A DNA stretch of 64,000 nucleotides from positions 293,012 through 357,011 of the forward strand of contig DASPNR010000007.1 in assembly GCA_035626395.1 (NCBI GenBank). The letters are read 5' to 3'. This DNA comes from Candidatus Limnocylindrales bacterium (GTDB taxonomy: Bacteria; Desulfobacterota; Binatia; UBA1149; CAITLU01). Below are positions 1 to 9,400 of the stretch, piece by piece; within the stretch, counting starts at the first letter, position 1; each line of letters starts with the position of its first letter. The translations under genes were made by a program, and so were the position numbers. A model generated the notes under the pieces. It was given only the letters and a program-made list of their open reading frames with translations. It ran no database searches and had not been told where the DNA came from.

Positions 1-293
1 ACGCGGCGCTCGAGTATGCGGCCTTCGGGATACGCGTGAACGCCGTCTGCCCCGGCATCATTCGTACCCCCATGGCTGGGGATTTCTTCACGGGCGATGA
101 TGCGCAGAGCTCGCTGGAACGGCTGGCCGCGCGCGCTCATCCGCTCGGCCGCATCGGCGAGCCCTCCGACGTAGCCAAGCTGGTGACGTTCCTTGCCAGC
201 GACGACGCCTCGTTCATCACCGGCACGGCCATTCCCATCGACGGCGGCATGACGGCCGGTTTCCCGGTTCGGTCGCCCGAGGAGATGTTCTAA
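1..293 (+). CDS. Short-chain dehydrogenase/reductase (SDR), C-terminal part; the 5' end lies upstream of the window
   Basis: The ORF translation ...[12 protein letters not shown]...[11 protein letters not shown] is a typical SDR C-terminus. The reading frame is open from base 1. Confidence 0.8.
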   Translation, partial: AALEYAAFGIRVNAVCPGIIRTPMAGDFFTGDDAQSSLERLAARAHPLGRIGEPSDVAKLVTFLASDDASFITGTAIPIDGGMTAGFPVRSPEEMF

Positions 294-337
294 AAGGGAC
301 ACGGGCGCCCGTCAGCGCCGGGAGAAGGGGAACATTC

Positions 338-1087
338 GTGAGCGAGCGGGTTCAGGTGGTCGGCAGCTTCCTGTCGCCGTACGTGCGCAAGGTTCTGGTG
401 TGCCTGCACATCAAGGGGATTCCCTTCGAGATCGACCCTATCGTTCCCTTTCTTGGCGACGACCGCTTCTCGCAGCTCAGCCCGTTGCGGCGCATTCCGG
501 TCTTCATCGACGACTGGGTGACGCTGTGCGACTCCTCGGTGATCTGCCAGTATCTCGAAGACCGCTACCCGCGCCCGTCGCTGTACCCGCTCGACCTCGC
601 CGACCGCGCGCACGCGCGATGGCTCGAGGAGTTCGCCGATACGCGCATGGGCGAGGTTTTCATCTGGCGGCTGTTCAACCAGGTGGCAATCCGCCGTGCC
701 GTGTGGGGCGAGGACCCGGACATGAGCGTCCTGTCCAAGACGCTCAACGAGGAGATCCCGACCGTACTGGACTATCTCGAGTACGAGGTTCCGGACCAGG
801 GCTTTCTCTACGGCAACATCTGCGTGGGCGACATCGCCATCGCCAGCTTCTTCCGCAACGCCGCCTTCGCTCGATTCACCGTCGATGCATCGCGCTGGCC
901 GCGCACTGCGGCCTACGTCACGCGCGTCCTCTCCACCGACGGCTTCACGCGCCTGCAGCCTTACGAGGAGCGCTGCGCCAGGACGCCGATCGCGCAGCAT
1001 CGTGCCGCGCTGGCCGAGATGGGCGCGCCCTTGATGAAGGACACCTACGGCACCTCCACGCCGCGGCGCGGAATCATGACGATCTGA
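338..1087 (+). CDS. Glutathione S-transferase family protein
   Basis: The N-terminus has a thioredoxin-like GST fold (VGSFLSPYVRKVLVCLHIKGIPFE) and the C-terminal region is helical. The start codon is GTG. Confidence 0.7.
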   Translation: MSERVQVVGSFLSPYVRKVLVCLHIKGIPFEIDPIVPFLGDDRFSQLSPLRRIPVFIDDWVTLCDSSVICQYLEDRYPRPSLYPLDLADRAHARWLEEFADTRMGEVFIWRLFNQVAIRRAVWGEDPDMSVLSKTLNEEIPTVLDYLEYEVPDQGFLYGNICVGDIAIASFFRNAAFARFTVDASRWPRTAAYVTRVLSTDGFTRLQPYEERCARTPIAQHRAALAEMGAPLMKDTYGTSTPRRGIMTI

Positions 1088-1314
1088 CCGCGGCGTCTGC
1101 GTGCGGCGACGCCTTTCCCAGCAGTCGCCCTGCAACGCTACGCGCAGTGGCGCTGGCCCGGTCAAACGACGGCGCTGCGGCGACACGGGCATCGCCGGCG
1201 GCCGCGAAGATTTCGCGACTCGACTGAGGAGATCTTGAGAGGCACGAGGTGCGCGTGCGGCGTCCGCAGCCGCAGACACCGCACGCGCGAGGATCGAGTG
1301 GACGTCAGCCGCTG

Positions 1315-1704
1315 CTAGCGGCGGTTTCCCTGACGGCCGCCGCCGATGGTGCCTTCTTCCTCTTCGAGATCGGCTTCCTCTTCATCGAGGCGCTCTTCGA
1401 GCTCTTCGTCATCCAGCGACCCCTGCTGCGTGGACTGCTGAGTCTGCTGGCGGCCCATTCCGCCCTGGCCTTCCTGCTGGTTCTGCTGGCGGCCCTGTCC
1501 CTGCTGGCCTTGCTGACGCTGTCCCTGCTGTCCGCCTTGCTGCTGCTGCTGCTGTCCCTGCTGCCCCTGCTGGCGCTGCTGACCTTGCTGACCCTGCTGG
1601 TTCTGCTGACCTTGCTGACCCTGCTGGTTCTGCTGACGCTGCTGGCCCTGATGGGTCTGCTGTCCTTGATCGCCCTGCTGCTTGTTCCTGTCGGTCATGG
1701 TCAA
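1315..1704 (-). CDS. Glutamine-rich low-complexity protein (QGQQ repeats) with an acidic Glu/Asp-rich C-terminal tail
   Basis: A strong RBS (AGGAG, 7 nt upstream of the ATG) is present. The reading frame runs through the CAG/CTG-rich repeat tract and has a clean stop. It is convergent with the GST gene. Confidence 0.6.
   Translation of the reverse strand: MTMTDRNKQQGDQGQQTHQGQQRQQNQQGQQGQQNQQGQQGQQRQQGQQGQQQQQQGGQQGQRQQGQQGQGRQQNQQEGQGGMGRQQTQQSTQQGSLDDEELEERLDEEEADLEEEEGTIGGGRQGNRR
1425..1690. repeat. Imperfect CTG/CAG-rich tandem-repeat tract (about 9-18 nt units) encoding the QGQQ repeats
   Basis: Repeated ctgctggcc/ttgctgacg/ctgtccctg units are visible directly in the sequence. Confidence 0.7.
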
Positions 1705-1949
1705 ACTCCTAGGGTTGGGGAGGCGAAAAGCCTCGGGTTCTCGCGTGCAGTGGCGATGCTACCGCCGTTCGGCCGTCGCATCGCGGGCTGCAAAACAGAA
1801 AGTGCGCGGCAGGGTCGAAATCGAGCGTCGCTGCCCGCAACGGGGAGCAAAGCGCCACCCGCGTGCGGGCAACTGCCCGCGCAACGCGCAGCGGCCAGCG
1901 CAACGCCTGCGTGTTCCGCGAACGCGGCAGGCTGGGGGAAACCGCCGCG

Positions 1950-3167
1950 TCACGCTTTCGCGCGACGCGCAGTGCGGCGGGCGGCGCGGCCGTGCGTCTT
2001 CGAGGCACGAGAAGCGGGCGACGTGCGAGACGTGGCGGACGCTCGCGTCGGACGAGGCGTGCGGCCGCGGCAGCGGCGCAGAAACCGCAGCGTTTCGAGC
2101 TCGTCGGGTGCCATCCCCGTACGCGGCCGCTTGACCGGCGCGATTGCCGGCACCTCGCCGTCGCCTTTGCCGTTGCCGGAGGCGGAGAGCTCTCCCGAAG
2201 CGAAGCGCTCCAGAACCAACGGGTGAATGTAGCACTTGCGGCAGACAGCGACGGTGTTGCCGAGCTTTTCGGCGACCTGCTCCACCGCACGCAGGACCAG
2301 CTTCTTCGCCGCGCGCTCGGTGCTGGCGCTCGGGCACTTGCGCAGCAGCGACATTGCCAGGACGGTGCCGGCCCAGGTGCGAAAGTCGCGCGCGGTGAAC
2401 TCGCCGCCGCTGATCTCTCGCAGATACTCGTTGACGTCGCCCGAATGGACGTCGTGGATGTTGCCGTCCTCGTCGTAATAGCCGAACAGGTCCTGACCCG
2501 GAATGTCCTGGCATTTGCGCACCACACGGGCCACGCGCGGATCCTCCACGGCGATGTCGTGGCGCTTGCCGCTCTTGCCGCGAAATTGGAACCGGATAGT
2601 CGAGGCCTTCACGGACGCGTGGCGGTTCTTCATCGTCGTCAGGCCATAGGAGTTGTTGGTGCGGGCATACTCCTCGTTGCCGATGCGGATGAACGTCAGG
2701 TCCATCAGGCGTATGACCGTGGCCAGCACGCGTTCCCGCTCCATTCCTCTGCCCGCGAGGTCGCGCGTGACGCGGCGGCGGATGGCCGGTAGCGCCTTGG
2801 CGAAATCCAGCATGCGGTCGTATTTGGTCGCGTCGCGCACCTGGCGCCAGCGTGGATGGTAGCGGTGCTGCTTGCGGCCGCGCGCGTCGCGGCCGGTGGC
2901 CTGGACGTGCCCGTTCTCGTCAGGGCAGATCCAGACGTCGGTCCATGCAGGTGGAATGGCGAGCGAGCGAATGCGCGCAAGGGTGCGGCCGTCGCGGACG
3001 GGCTTGCCGCTGCCGTTGACGTAGCGGAAGGTTTTGCCTGCCTTGACGCGGCGGATCCCCGGCCCATCGTCGCTGACGTAGCGAAGGCCCACTGCGCGCG
3101 CCGACTCGGGGGGCGGGGGAACGGCTCCCATGGTGTTGCCGCCATTGCGCATGCGATTCCGGAGCAC
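1950..3167 (-). CDS. DNA topoisomerase IB (bacterial poxvirus-like type IB topoisomerase)
   Basis: Motifs LRYVSDDGPGIRR, AIPPAWTDVWICP and HRYHPRWR are characteristic of bacterial TopIB. The true start is probably internal, at ATG 3152 or 3131. The long basic C-terminal tail is unverified. Confidence 0.75.
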   Translation of the reverse strand: MLRNRMRNGGNTMGAVPPPPESARAVGLRYVSDDGPGIRRVKAGKTFRYVNGSGKPVRDGRTLARIRSLAIPPAWTDVWICPDENGHVQATGRDARGRKQHRYHPRWRQVRDATKYDRMLDFAKALPAIRRRVTRDLAGRGMERERVLATVIRLMDLTFIRIGNEEYARTNNSYGLTTMKNRHASVKASTIRFQFRGKSGKRHDIAVEDPRVARVVRKCQDIPGQDLFGYYDEDGNIHDVHSGDVNEYLREISGGEFTARDFRTWAGTVLAMSLLRKCPSASTERAAKKLVLRAVEQVAEKLGNTVAVCRKCYIHPLVLERFASGELSASGNGKGDGEVPAIAPVKRPRTGMAPDELETLRFLRRCRGRTPRPTRASATSRTSPASRASKTHGRAARRTARRAKA

Positions 3168-3211
3168 GGCGGCTCTGCCTGCCAGGCCGGGCCACTGTTA
3201 TAGGTTCTAAC

Positions 3212-3970
3212 ATGGAAGCGGCGAGGGTTGGGACCAGCGGATGGATCTACAAGAGCTGGGCGCAGACGTTCTACCCACCCGACGTCGGCAAGACCGGCCA
3301 CCTCGAGCACTACGCGCGCCGCTTCGACACCGTCGAGATCAATGCGAGCTTCTACCGCCTGCCGCCGGCCGAGACGGCGCGCGCGTGGTCGAAGAAGGTT
3401 CCGCGCGACTTCGTGTTCGCGCTCAAGGGCAGCCGCTTCATCACCCACATGAAGAAGCTGGCGGTGGATGGCAGGTCGATCGAGATCTTCTTCGAGCGTG
3501 CGCGAATGCTGGGCCGCAAGCTCGGGCCCATTCTGTGGCAGCTCCCGCCCCAGCTCGGTTACGACCCCGAGCGCCTCGAGCGGTTCCTGAAGACGGTCCC
3601 GCGACGCCATTCGCACGCCGTCGAGTTCCGCCATCCCTCCTGGTACGACCACGAGACGACGTTCGACATCCTGCGCGAGCGCCGCGCCGCTCACGTCTGC
3701 GTCAGCTCGCTCGGCATGGCGCGCAATCTTGCCGTGACGGCGGACTTCACCTACGTCCGCTTTCACGGGCTCGACGGCGGCGCAGCGCACGACTACACGC
3801 GTCGCGAGCTGCGGCCGTGGGCCGATCACTGCCGGCGCTGTCTGGAGACCGGCGTGGCCGTCTATGCGTACTTCAACAACGACGCCAACACGCGCGCGCC
3901 GAAGAATGCCGACACGTTCCGCGAAATGATCGGGGTCGTCACGCCGGCGGCGCGGGCAGCGTCACGGTGA
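3212..3970 (+). CDS. DUF72 family protein (YecE-like)
   Basis: WIYKSWAQTFYP...EINASFYRLP...LWQLPP is a canonical DUF72 signature. Confidence 0.8.
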   Translation: MEAARVGTSGWIYKSWAQTFYPPDVGKTGHLEHYARRFDTVEINASFYRLPPAETARAWSKKVPRDFVFALKGSRFITHMKKLAVDGRSIEIFFERARMLGRKLGPILWQLPPQLGYDPERLERFLKTVPRRHSHAVEFRHPSWYDHETTFDILRERRAAHVCVSSLGMARNLAVTADFTYVRFHGLDGGAAHDYTRRELRPWADHCRRCLETGVAVYAYFNNDANTRAPKNADTFREMIGVVTPAARAASR

Positions 3971-5636
3971 ACTCACTGCCCTGACCGATGCCGCCGCTGG
4001 CGGCCGCGACACTGCCGCCGTGCAGCTCCACCAGAGTCCGCACCAGCGTCAGCCCGATGCCGAGGCCGCCTTGCGATCGTTCCAGCGACCTGTCGCCCTG
4101 CGTGAAAAGGTCGAAGATCGTCGGCAGCAGCTCGGGGGCGATGCCGATGCCGGTGTCGCGAACGCGAATCCGGATCTGTCCAGCCTCCGCGGTGATGCCC
4201 AGGGTGATGATGCCGCCGTCATCGGTGTACTTGGCTGCGTTGTTGAGGAGGTTCGCCAGGACCTGCTCCAGGCGCGCGGCGTCGGCGTCGACGGGGAGGG
4301 GGCCTTCGGGCACCGTGACCTCGAGACGGTGGCGGCGCGAAGAGAGCAGCGGCGAGCAGGTTTCCACCGCCCGCGCCACGACCGTCTGGAGATCCACGCG
4401 CTGCTTTCGCAAGGCGATGGTGCCGCGCGTGATGCGGGCGACGTCGAGCAGATCGTCGACCAGGCGGGTCATGTGCTCGAGCTGCCGCACGACGATCGCG
4501 CTCGCGCGGCGGATATCCTCGTCCGCGTGGCCGGCGAGGGAGACGATCTCCATGGCGTTTCGCATCGGCGCCAGTGGATTGCGCAGCTCGTGCGCGAGCA
4601 TGGCCAGGAACTCGTCCTTGCGCCGATCGGCTTCGACCAGCGAGGCTTCGGCGCGCTTGCGCTGCAGGAACTGGCCGATCTGGCTGCCGATGGCCGAGAG
4701 CATGTTCAACACGTCGTCGTCGGTGGCGCGGACTTCGGGGCTGAAGAACTCGAGGGCGCCGCGTACGTCGGCGCCGAGCAGGATCGGAAACGCGAACGCG
4801 GCGTGCAGCCCGTCCGCGGTCGCGGCGGCGGCGCGCGGGAAGTTGTCGTCTCGCTGGATGTCCGCGGCCCATGCCGGTTGCCGAGAGGCCCACACGCGGC
4901 CGGGGAGACCTTTGCCGCGCGGCAGCACCAGCGCACGCGTCGCCGCCTCGAACTGCGGGATCTGCACGCCCGGCTGATGCCACACCTCCACGCAGCGCAT
5001 GACGGCGGCGCGATCGTCGACGATCCACAGGTCGCCGACACACCAATCCAGACAGTCGCACAGCGCCTCGATCACCCGCGGGGCGGCAGCCCTCAGCGTG
5101 TCGGCTTCGGCGAGGATGGCCGTCACCGCATGCTGCGCGGCGACGCGCCGCTCGGAGCGCTTGCGCTCGGTGACATCGCGCAGGATGGCCAGGTGCCGGT
5201 GCGGAAGGTAGTTGGCCGTGGCGCGAAACTCGATTTCGCACGTGCTTCCGTCCGGCCGCTGCAGGCGCAGCTCCCCGGCCAGCTCGCCGTCGCGCAGCAG
5301 GCCGCGCCACATGCGCGCAAATTGCTCGTCGCTGCCGAGCGCGCCCGACCCGGCACCGATGCGCTTGCCGAGGACGTCGGCAAGCGGGACGCCGTTCATC
5401 GCGCATGCGGCGGGGTTCGCGTCGACATAGCGGCCCTCGTCGTCGAGGATCACTACGCCGTCGAGCGCGCGGCGGAACAGCTCGGCGAAGTGACGATCGG
5501 TCGCTATTTCTCCAGCTCCTCGCGGATCGTGTACATGAGCTGGCGCGCGTCGATGATGAAGACGTCGAGGTTGCGCCGGTGGTTGGCGAAGATTCCCGAG
5601 GGGCCGCCGTTCATCACGACGAGCGGCTTGATCCAC
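3939..5636 (-). CDS. Sensor histidine kinase with PAS and GAF domains plus HisKA and HATPase_c
   Basis: HELRNPLAPM is the H-box, and DTGIGI...GGLGIGL are the G-boxes. PAS and GAF segments lie upstream of these. The ORF's first ATG overlaps the upstream gene by 133 nt, so the true start is probably an internal non-ATG codon. Confidence 0.8.
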   Translation of the reverse strand: MDQAARRDERRPLGNLRQPPAQPRRLHHRRAPAHVHDPRGAGEIATDRHFAELFRRALDGVVILDDEGRYVDANPAACAMNGVPLADVLGKRIGAGSGALGSDEQFARMWRGLLRDGELAGELRLQRPDGSTCEIEFRATANYLPHRHLAILRDVTERKRSERRVAAQHAVTAILAEADTLRAAAPRVIEALCDCLDWCVGDLWIVDDRAAVMRCVEVWHQPGVQIPQFEAATRALVLPRGKGLPGRVWASRQPAWAADIQRDDNFPRAAAATADGLHAAFAFPILLGADVRGALEFFSPEVRATDDDVLNMLSAIGSQIGQFLQRKRAEASLVEADRRKDEFLAMLAHELRNPLAPMRNAMEIVSLAGHADEDIRRASAIVVRQLEHMTRLVDDLLDVARITRGTIALRKQRVDLQTVVARAVETCSPLLSSRRHRLEVTVPEGPLPVDADAARLEQVLANLLNNAAKYTDDGGIITLGITAEAGQIRIRVRDTGIGIAPELLPTIFDLFTQGDRSLERSQGGLGIGLTLVRTLVELHGGSVAAASGGIGQGSEFTVTLPAPPA

Positions 5637-6463
5637 GCGGCTTCACGCAGCGAGTGCGCGACGTGATCGAACAGCTCGAGCACCGCCTCGCGTCCCGCCA
5701 GCGACGTCTCGTACTCGCGCCGCAGCGCCACCGTCAGGTGGAACATGACGTGCGCGACGCCCTGCGCATGGTAGAAGTGATCGTCGGTCTGCAGGAAGCC
5801 CACGTCCTCGCGCAGAAGATTGGCGTGCGCATCGCCGAGCATGTCGGTCCAGGTCTGGAAGAGGCGGATCAGCTCGACGTTGCGGCGATTGATCGGCTTG
5901 GACGTCGGCGCCGGCGTCGCGAGGCCCGCGACGTAGCGCCGCAGCGACTCGACGCCGTCGCGGAAGCGCGACTCCGCCGACGGGAACCAGAACTTGTGCT
6001 CGTCGTTGCGCAGCCGCGTCTCCGCATCGACCAGGTTCTGGTCGTATTCGCTCGCGGAGACCTTGGTCAGATGATCGCGAAAGACGCGCGTGCTCTCGCG
6101 AACCGCCTGGATGATGCCGAGCTGACGGTTGGCGTTGTTGTCCGCCATCAGCGCCGGTCCCCACAGGATGAAGTCGTTGGGCCGCCAGCCCGTGGTGCTG
6201 TCGAGCTCGTGCTGGACCAGAGCCGCTACCGTCGACGCGAATGCCTCGCCGCCCACCATCGGACGGTCGGCCGGGAACTCGTTGTGGACGTGGAACGGAA
6301 GACGGTTGTGGCTTATCTGCGTGAAGTGCAGGAACAGCGGGGTCACCAGGAAGAGGAGTATCAGGATCGCGCCGGCTGCGGACTGAAGCATGGTGGCGAA
6401 GCGTACTGTGTGGCCGCGGAGGGTCCAACCGCGGCGCTCAGGAGGCCGGAAAGTCGCGAGCAT
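5504..6463 (-). CDS. Conserved hypothetical protein with an N-terminal transmembrane anchor, possibly DUF2333-like
   Basis: Codon usage looks coding. It sits directly upstream of the PAS/GAF kinase and overlaps it. The start is either 6463 or 6391 (MLQSAAG...). The family assignment is from memory and uncertain. Confidence 0.55.
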   Translation of the reverse strand: MLATFRPPERRGWTLRGHTVRFATMLQSAAGAILILLFLVTPLFLHFTQISHNRLPFHVHNEFPADRPMVGGEAFASTVAALVQHELDSTTGWRPNDFILWGPALMADNNANRQLGIIQAVRESTRVFRDHLTKVSASEYDQNLVDAETRLRNDEHKFWFPSAESRFRDGVESLRRYVAGLATPAPTSKPINRRNVELIRLFQTWTDMLGDAHANLLREDVGFLQTDDHFYHAQGVAHVMFHLTVALRREYETSLAGREAVLELFDHVAHSLREAAWIKPLVVMNGGPSGIFANHRRNLDVFIIDARQLMYTIREELEK

Positions 6464-9400
6464 CCTGTCCCCGCGTCAGCCTCGCCAGCGTCGTCTCGAC
6501 CTGCGCCAGCTCGACCGGCTTCATCAGGTGGGCGTTGAACCCTGCGTCCGCGCTCTTTCGGCGGTCTTCCCCCTGGCCGTATCCGGTCACGGCAATGAGC
6601 GCGGTATCGGCGTGCTGGGGCTGCTTGCGCAGCCGTCGTGCGACCTCGTAGCCGTCCATGCCGGGAAGCCCGATATCGAGCAGGATCGCATCGGGATCGA
6701 AGCGTGCGGCGATGTGAAGGGCCGCCTCGCCGTCGTGTGCGGTGCGGACCTGATGGCCGGCCAGTCGAAGCAGGACCGCGAGGCTTTCGGCGGCATCGAC
6801 GTTGTCGTCGACGATCAGCACCCGCCGCGCGGCGGCCGCCCTTTCGGCCTCGGTGCGCGGCATGGGAGCCATCGCGCCGTCCTCGCGCCGGATGGGAAGG
6901 CGCAGCTCGAAGACGCTGCCACGTCCGATGCCTTCGCTGCCGGCCTGGATCTGGCCGCCGTGCAGCTCGACCAGCCGCCGCACCAGAGTCAGCCCGATTC
7001 CGAGGCCGCCGCCGGAGCCGGTGGAGCGGTGCACCTGCATGAAGGGCTCGAACACGCGCGAGAGCATCTCGGGAGCCAGTCCCGTTCCATCGTCCCTCAC
7101 GCGCACCACGGCTGCGGGAACGGCGGCGCCGTCAGCCTGCTCGCGCGACAGCGTTACCCAGATGTTGCCGCCCTCGTGCGTGAACTTCGAGGAGTTGCCC
7201 AGCAGATTGGCCAGGATCTGCTCGAGGCGCATGGGATCGCCGTCGACGAACGTCGCCTGCCCGTCCAACTCCAGATGCAGGTGCTGCTCGTGGCCTTCGA
7301 GTGCGGGACGCAGCGCCTCGCACGTCCGATGCACGACCTGCGCGAGGTCGAGCGGCTCCAGCCGCAGATGGATCCGGCCGCTGGTGATGCGAGAGACGTC
7401 CAGGAGATCGTCGATCATGCGCGCCATGTGCGCGATCTGGCGCTCCATCATGGCGCGCGTGCGGACTGTCGTATCCGGATCGTCGACCATTTGAAGCACT
7501 TGCGAGCCGCTGCTCATGGCGGCAAGGGGATTGCGAAGCTCGTGCGCGAGCATGGCCAGGAATTCGGTCTGACGGCGGTTGGCCTGCGCGAGCTGCTCGA
7601 CCCTGGTACGCAGCGACTCCTCCAGGGCCTTGCGGTGCGTGATGTCCTTCATCGAGAGGACGATGGAGAAGTCTCCGTCGTCTCGCGTCAGCCGCTGCGC
7701 GTTCAGGAGCAGGGTGCGGCGCACGCCGCCGTCGGCGGTGAACGAGTGCTCGAAGTCCTCCATGGGCGTGCCGGTGTAGCGAACCGCATCGAGGGCGCGT
7801 CGCAGGTCGGCCGTGTTCCACCGCCCGTCGCAGATGCGCGGTAGCGGGCTTTGCTCGACGTCGGCGGCCGACAGTCCCATCGCGTCATAGAACCTGTCAC
7901 TCGCCTTCTGCACGCGCAGGTCCGCATCCAGCACGAGCAGCGGCTCGGCGACCGCCGCCACGATCGCTTCGGCGTACCGCCGCGCGCGCGCTAGCGTGTC
8001 GATGTCCACGAGCAGCAGCACCACCCCGTCCAGACGGTTGTCGAGCGTGCGATACGGCCATATGCGCAGCGAGTGCCAACGGCCCTGCTTGTCCTGGACG
8101 TCCATCTCCTGAAACGTCATCGAATCGATGACCTCGGTCACCAGGGGTTCCAGGTCGTCGATGCTGAGGCCGAGCTTCAAATCGGAGATGGAGCGGCCGA
8201 CGTCGCTGCTGCGCACGTTCAGGACGCGCTCTGCTGCCGGCGTCACCCGGCGGATGCGCAGGTTGGCGCCCAGCATGATAATCGGCATGCGGACGCTGGC
8301 CAGGAGGTTGACGAGGTCGTTGTTGGTCTGGCTCAGCTCGTGATTCCGCCGGCTGAGCTCGTCGTTGAGCGTGGCCAGTTCCTCGTTGCTGGACTCGATT
8401 TCCTCCTTGGAAGTCTGCAGCTCCTCGTTGATGCTCTGCAGCTCTTCATTGGCCGACTGCACCTCCTCGTTCGCTGCCTGCAGTTCCTCGTTGGCCGCTT
8501 CCTGCTGCTCCACCACCGATTGCAGATACTCGCGAGTCGCCGCCAGCTCGCTGAGCAGCCGGCGTGTCTCGTCGTTGTCCTCCGGTGCCATCGTGGCCAT
8601 CGGCACGGCCGGCTGCGCGTCCTCCGTCGGGCTGGCGGAGAACGTCACGAGATAGTGATCGCCGCTGCCGGTGCTGCGGACAGGGATGACCTCGACGTGC
8701 GCTTCGAGCGGATCCTCATCGGTGCCGAGCGCGATGCCGGACGTCCGCACGGGTACGCCATCGCGCCGAGCGCGGTCGCACGCGTTGCGTACCGGCGCCA
8801 CGAGCGCCTCCGGCAGCATCTTCAGCAGGTTCAGCGATGCGGTGCCCGACGCTGGAGCGATGAACCGGCTGGTGTCGCCGCGGAACTGCAGTATCTCGAG
8901 GTCAGCGGTCACCAGCACGCCCGGCGGTGCGTAGCGCGCGAGCAGCAGGCGGTCCGCCTCTTTGTGCGGATCGCTGGACCTTGCCGCGGCCGGACGTTCG
9001 GAGCGTGCCGGCCAGTACGCCGCCAGGCCGCTACGGCGCGTTCCCGGCGCCGATATGGTGGGGGAGGAGCGCGCGCCGGCTTTCTTGCCGTAGAAGTTGA
9101 ACGTCTGGCTGGCGCTGTCGAACAAGTGCGCGGCCCCGACGATCGCTTCCGAAGGGCCCAGCCATAGGATGCCGCCGGGCTTGAGCGCGTAGTGCAGCGT
9201 CGGCATCAGCCTCTCCTGCAGGCTGCGTTCGAGGTAGATCATCATGTTGCGGCAGCTGACGAGGTCCATGCGCGAGAACGGCGGCTCTGCAAGCCCGTTG
9301 TGCGTCGCGAACACGCACATCTCCCGCGTGGCGCGGTTGACGCGGTAGCAGTCGCCCATGCGAACGAAGAACTGACGCAGCCGCTCTGGAGAAACGTCCT

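Noticed and set aside
1249-2226. Plus-strand poly-Leu ORF (antisense of the poly-Q gene)
   Set aside because: It has no RBS and runs into the TopIB antisense region. The minus-strand gene has an AGGAG RBS and a clean stop.
4020-5666. 548-aa plus-strand ORF and the 4219..5406 minus-strand ORF
   Set aside because: They are antisense to, or an alternative frame of, the PAS/GAF histidine kinase.
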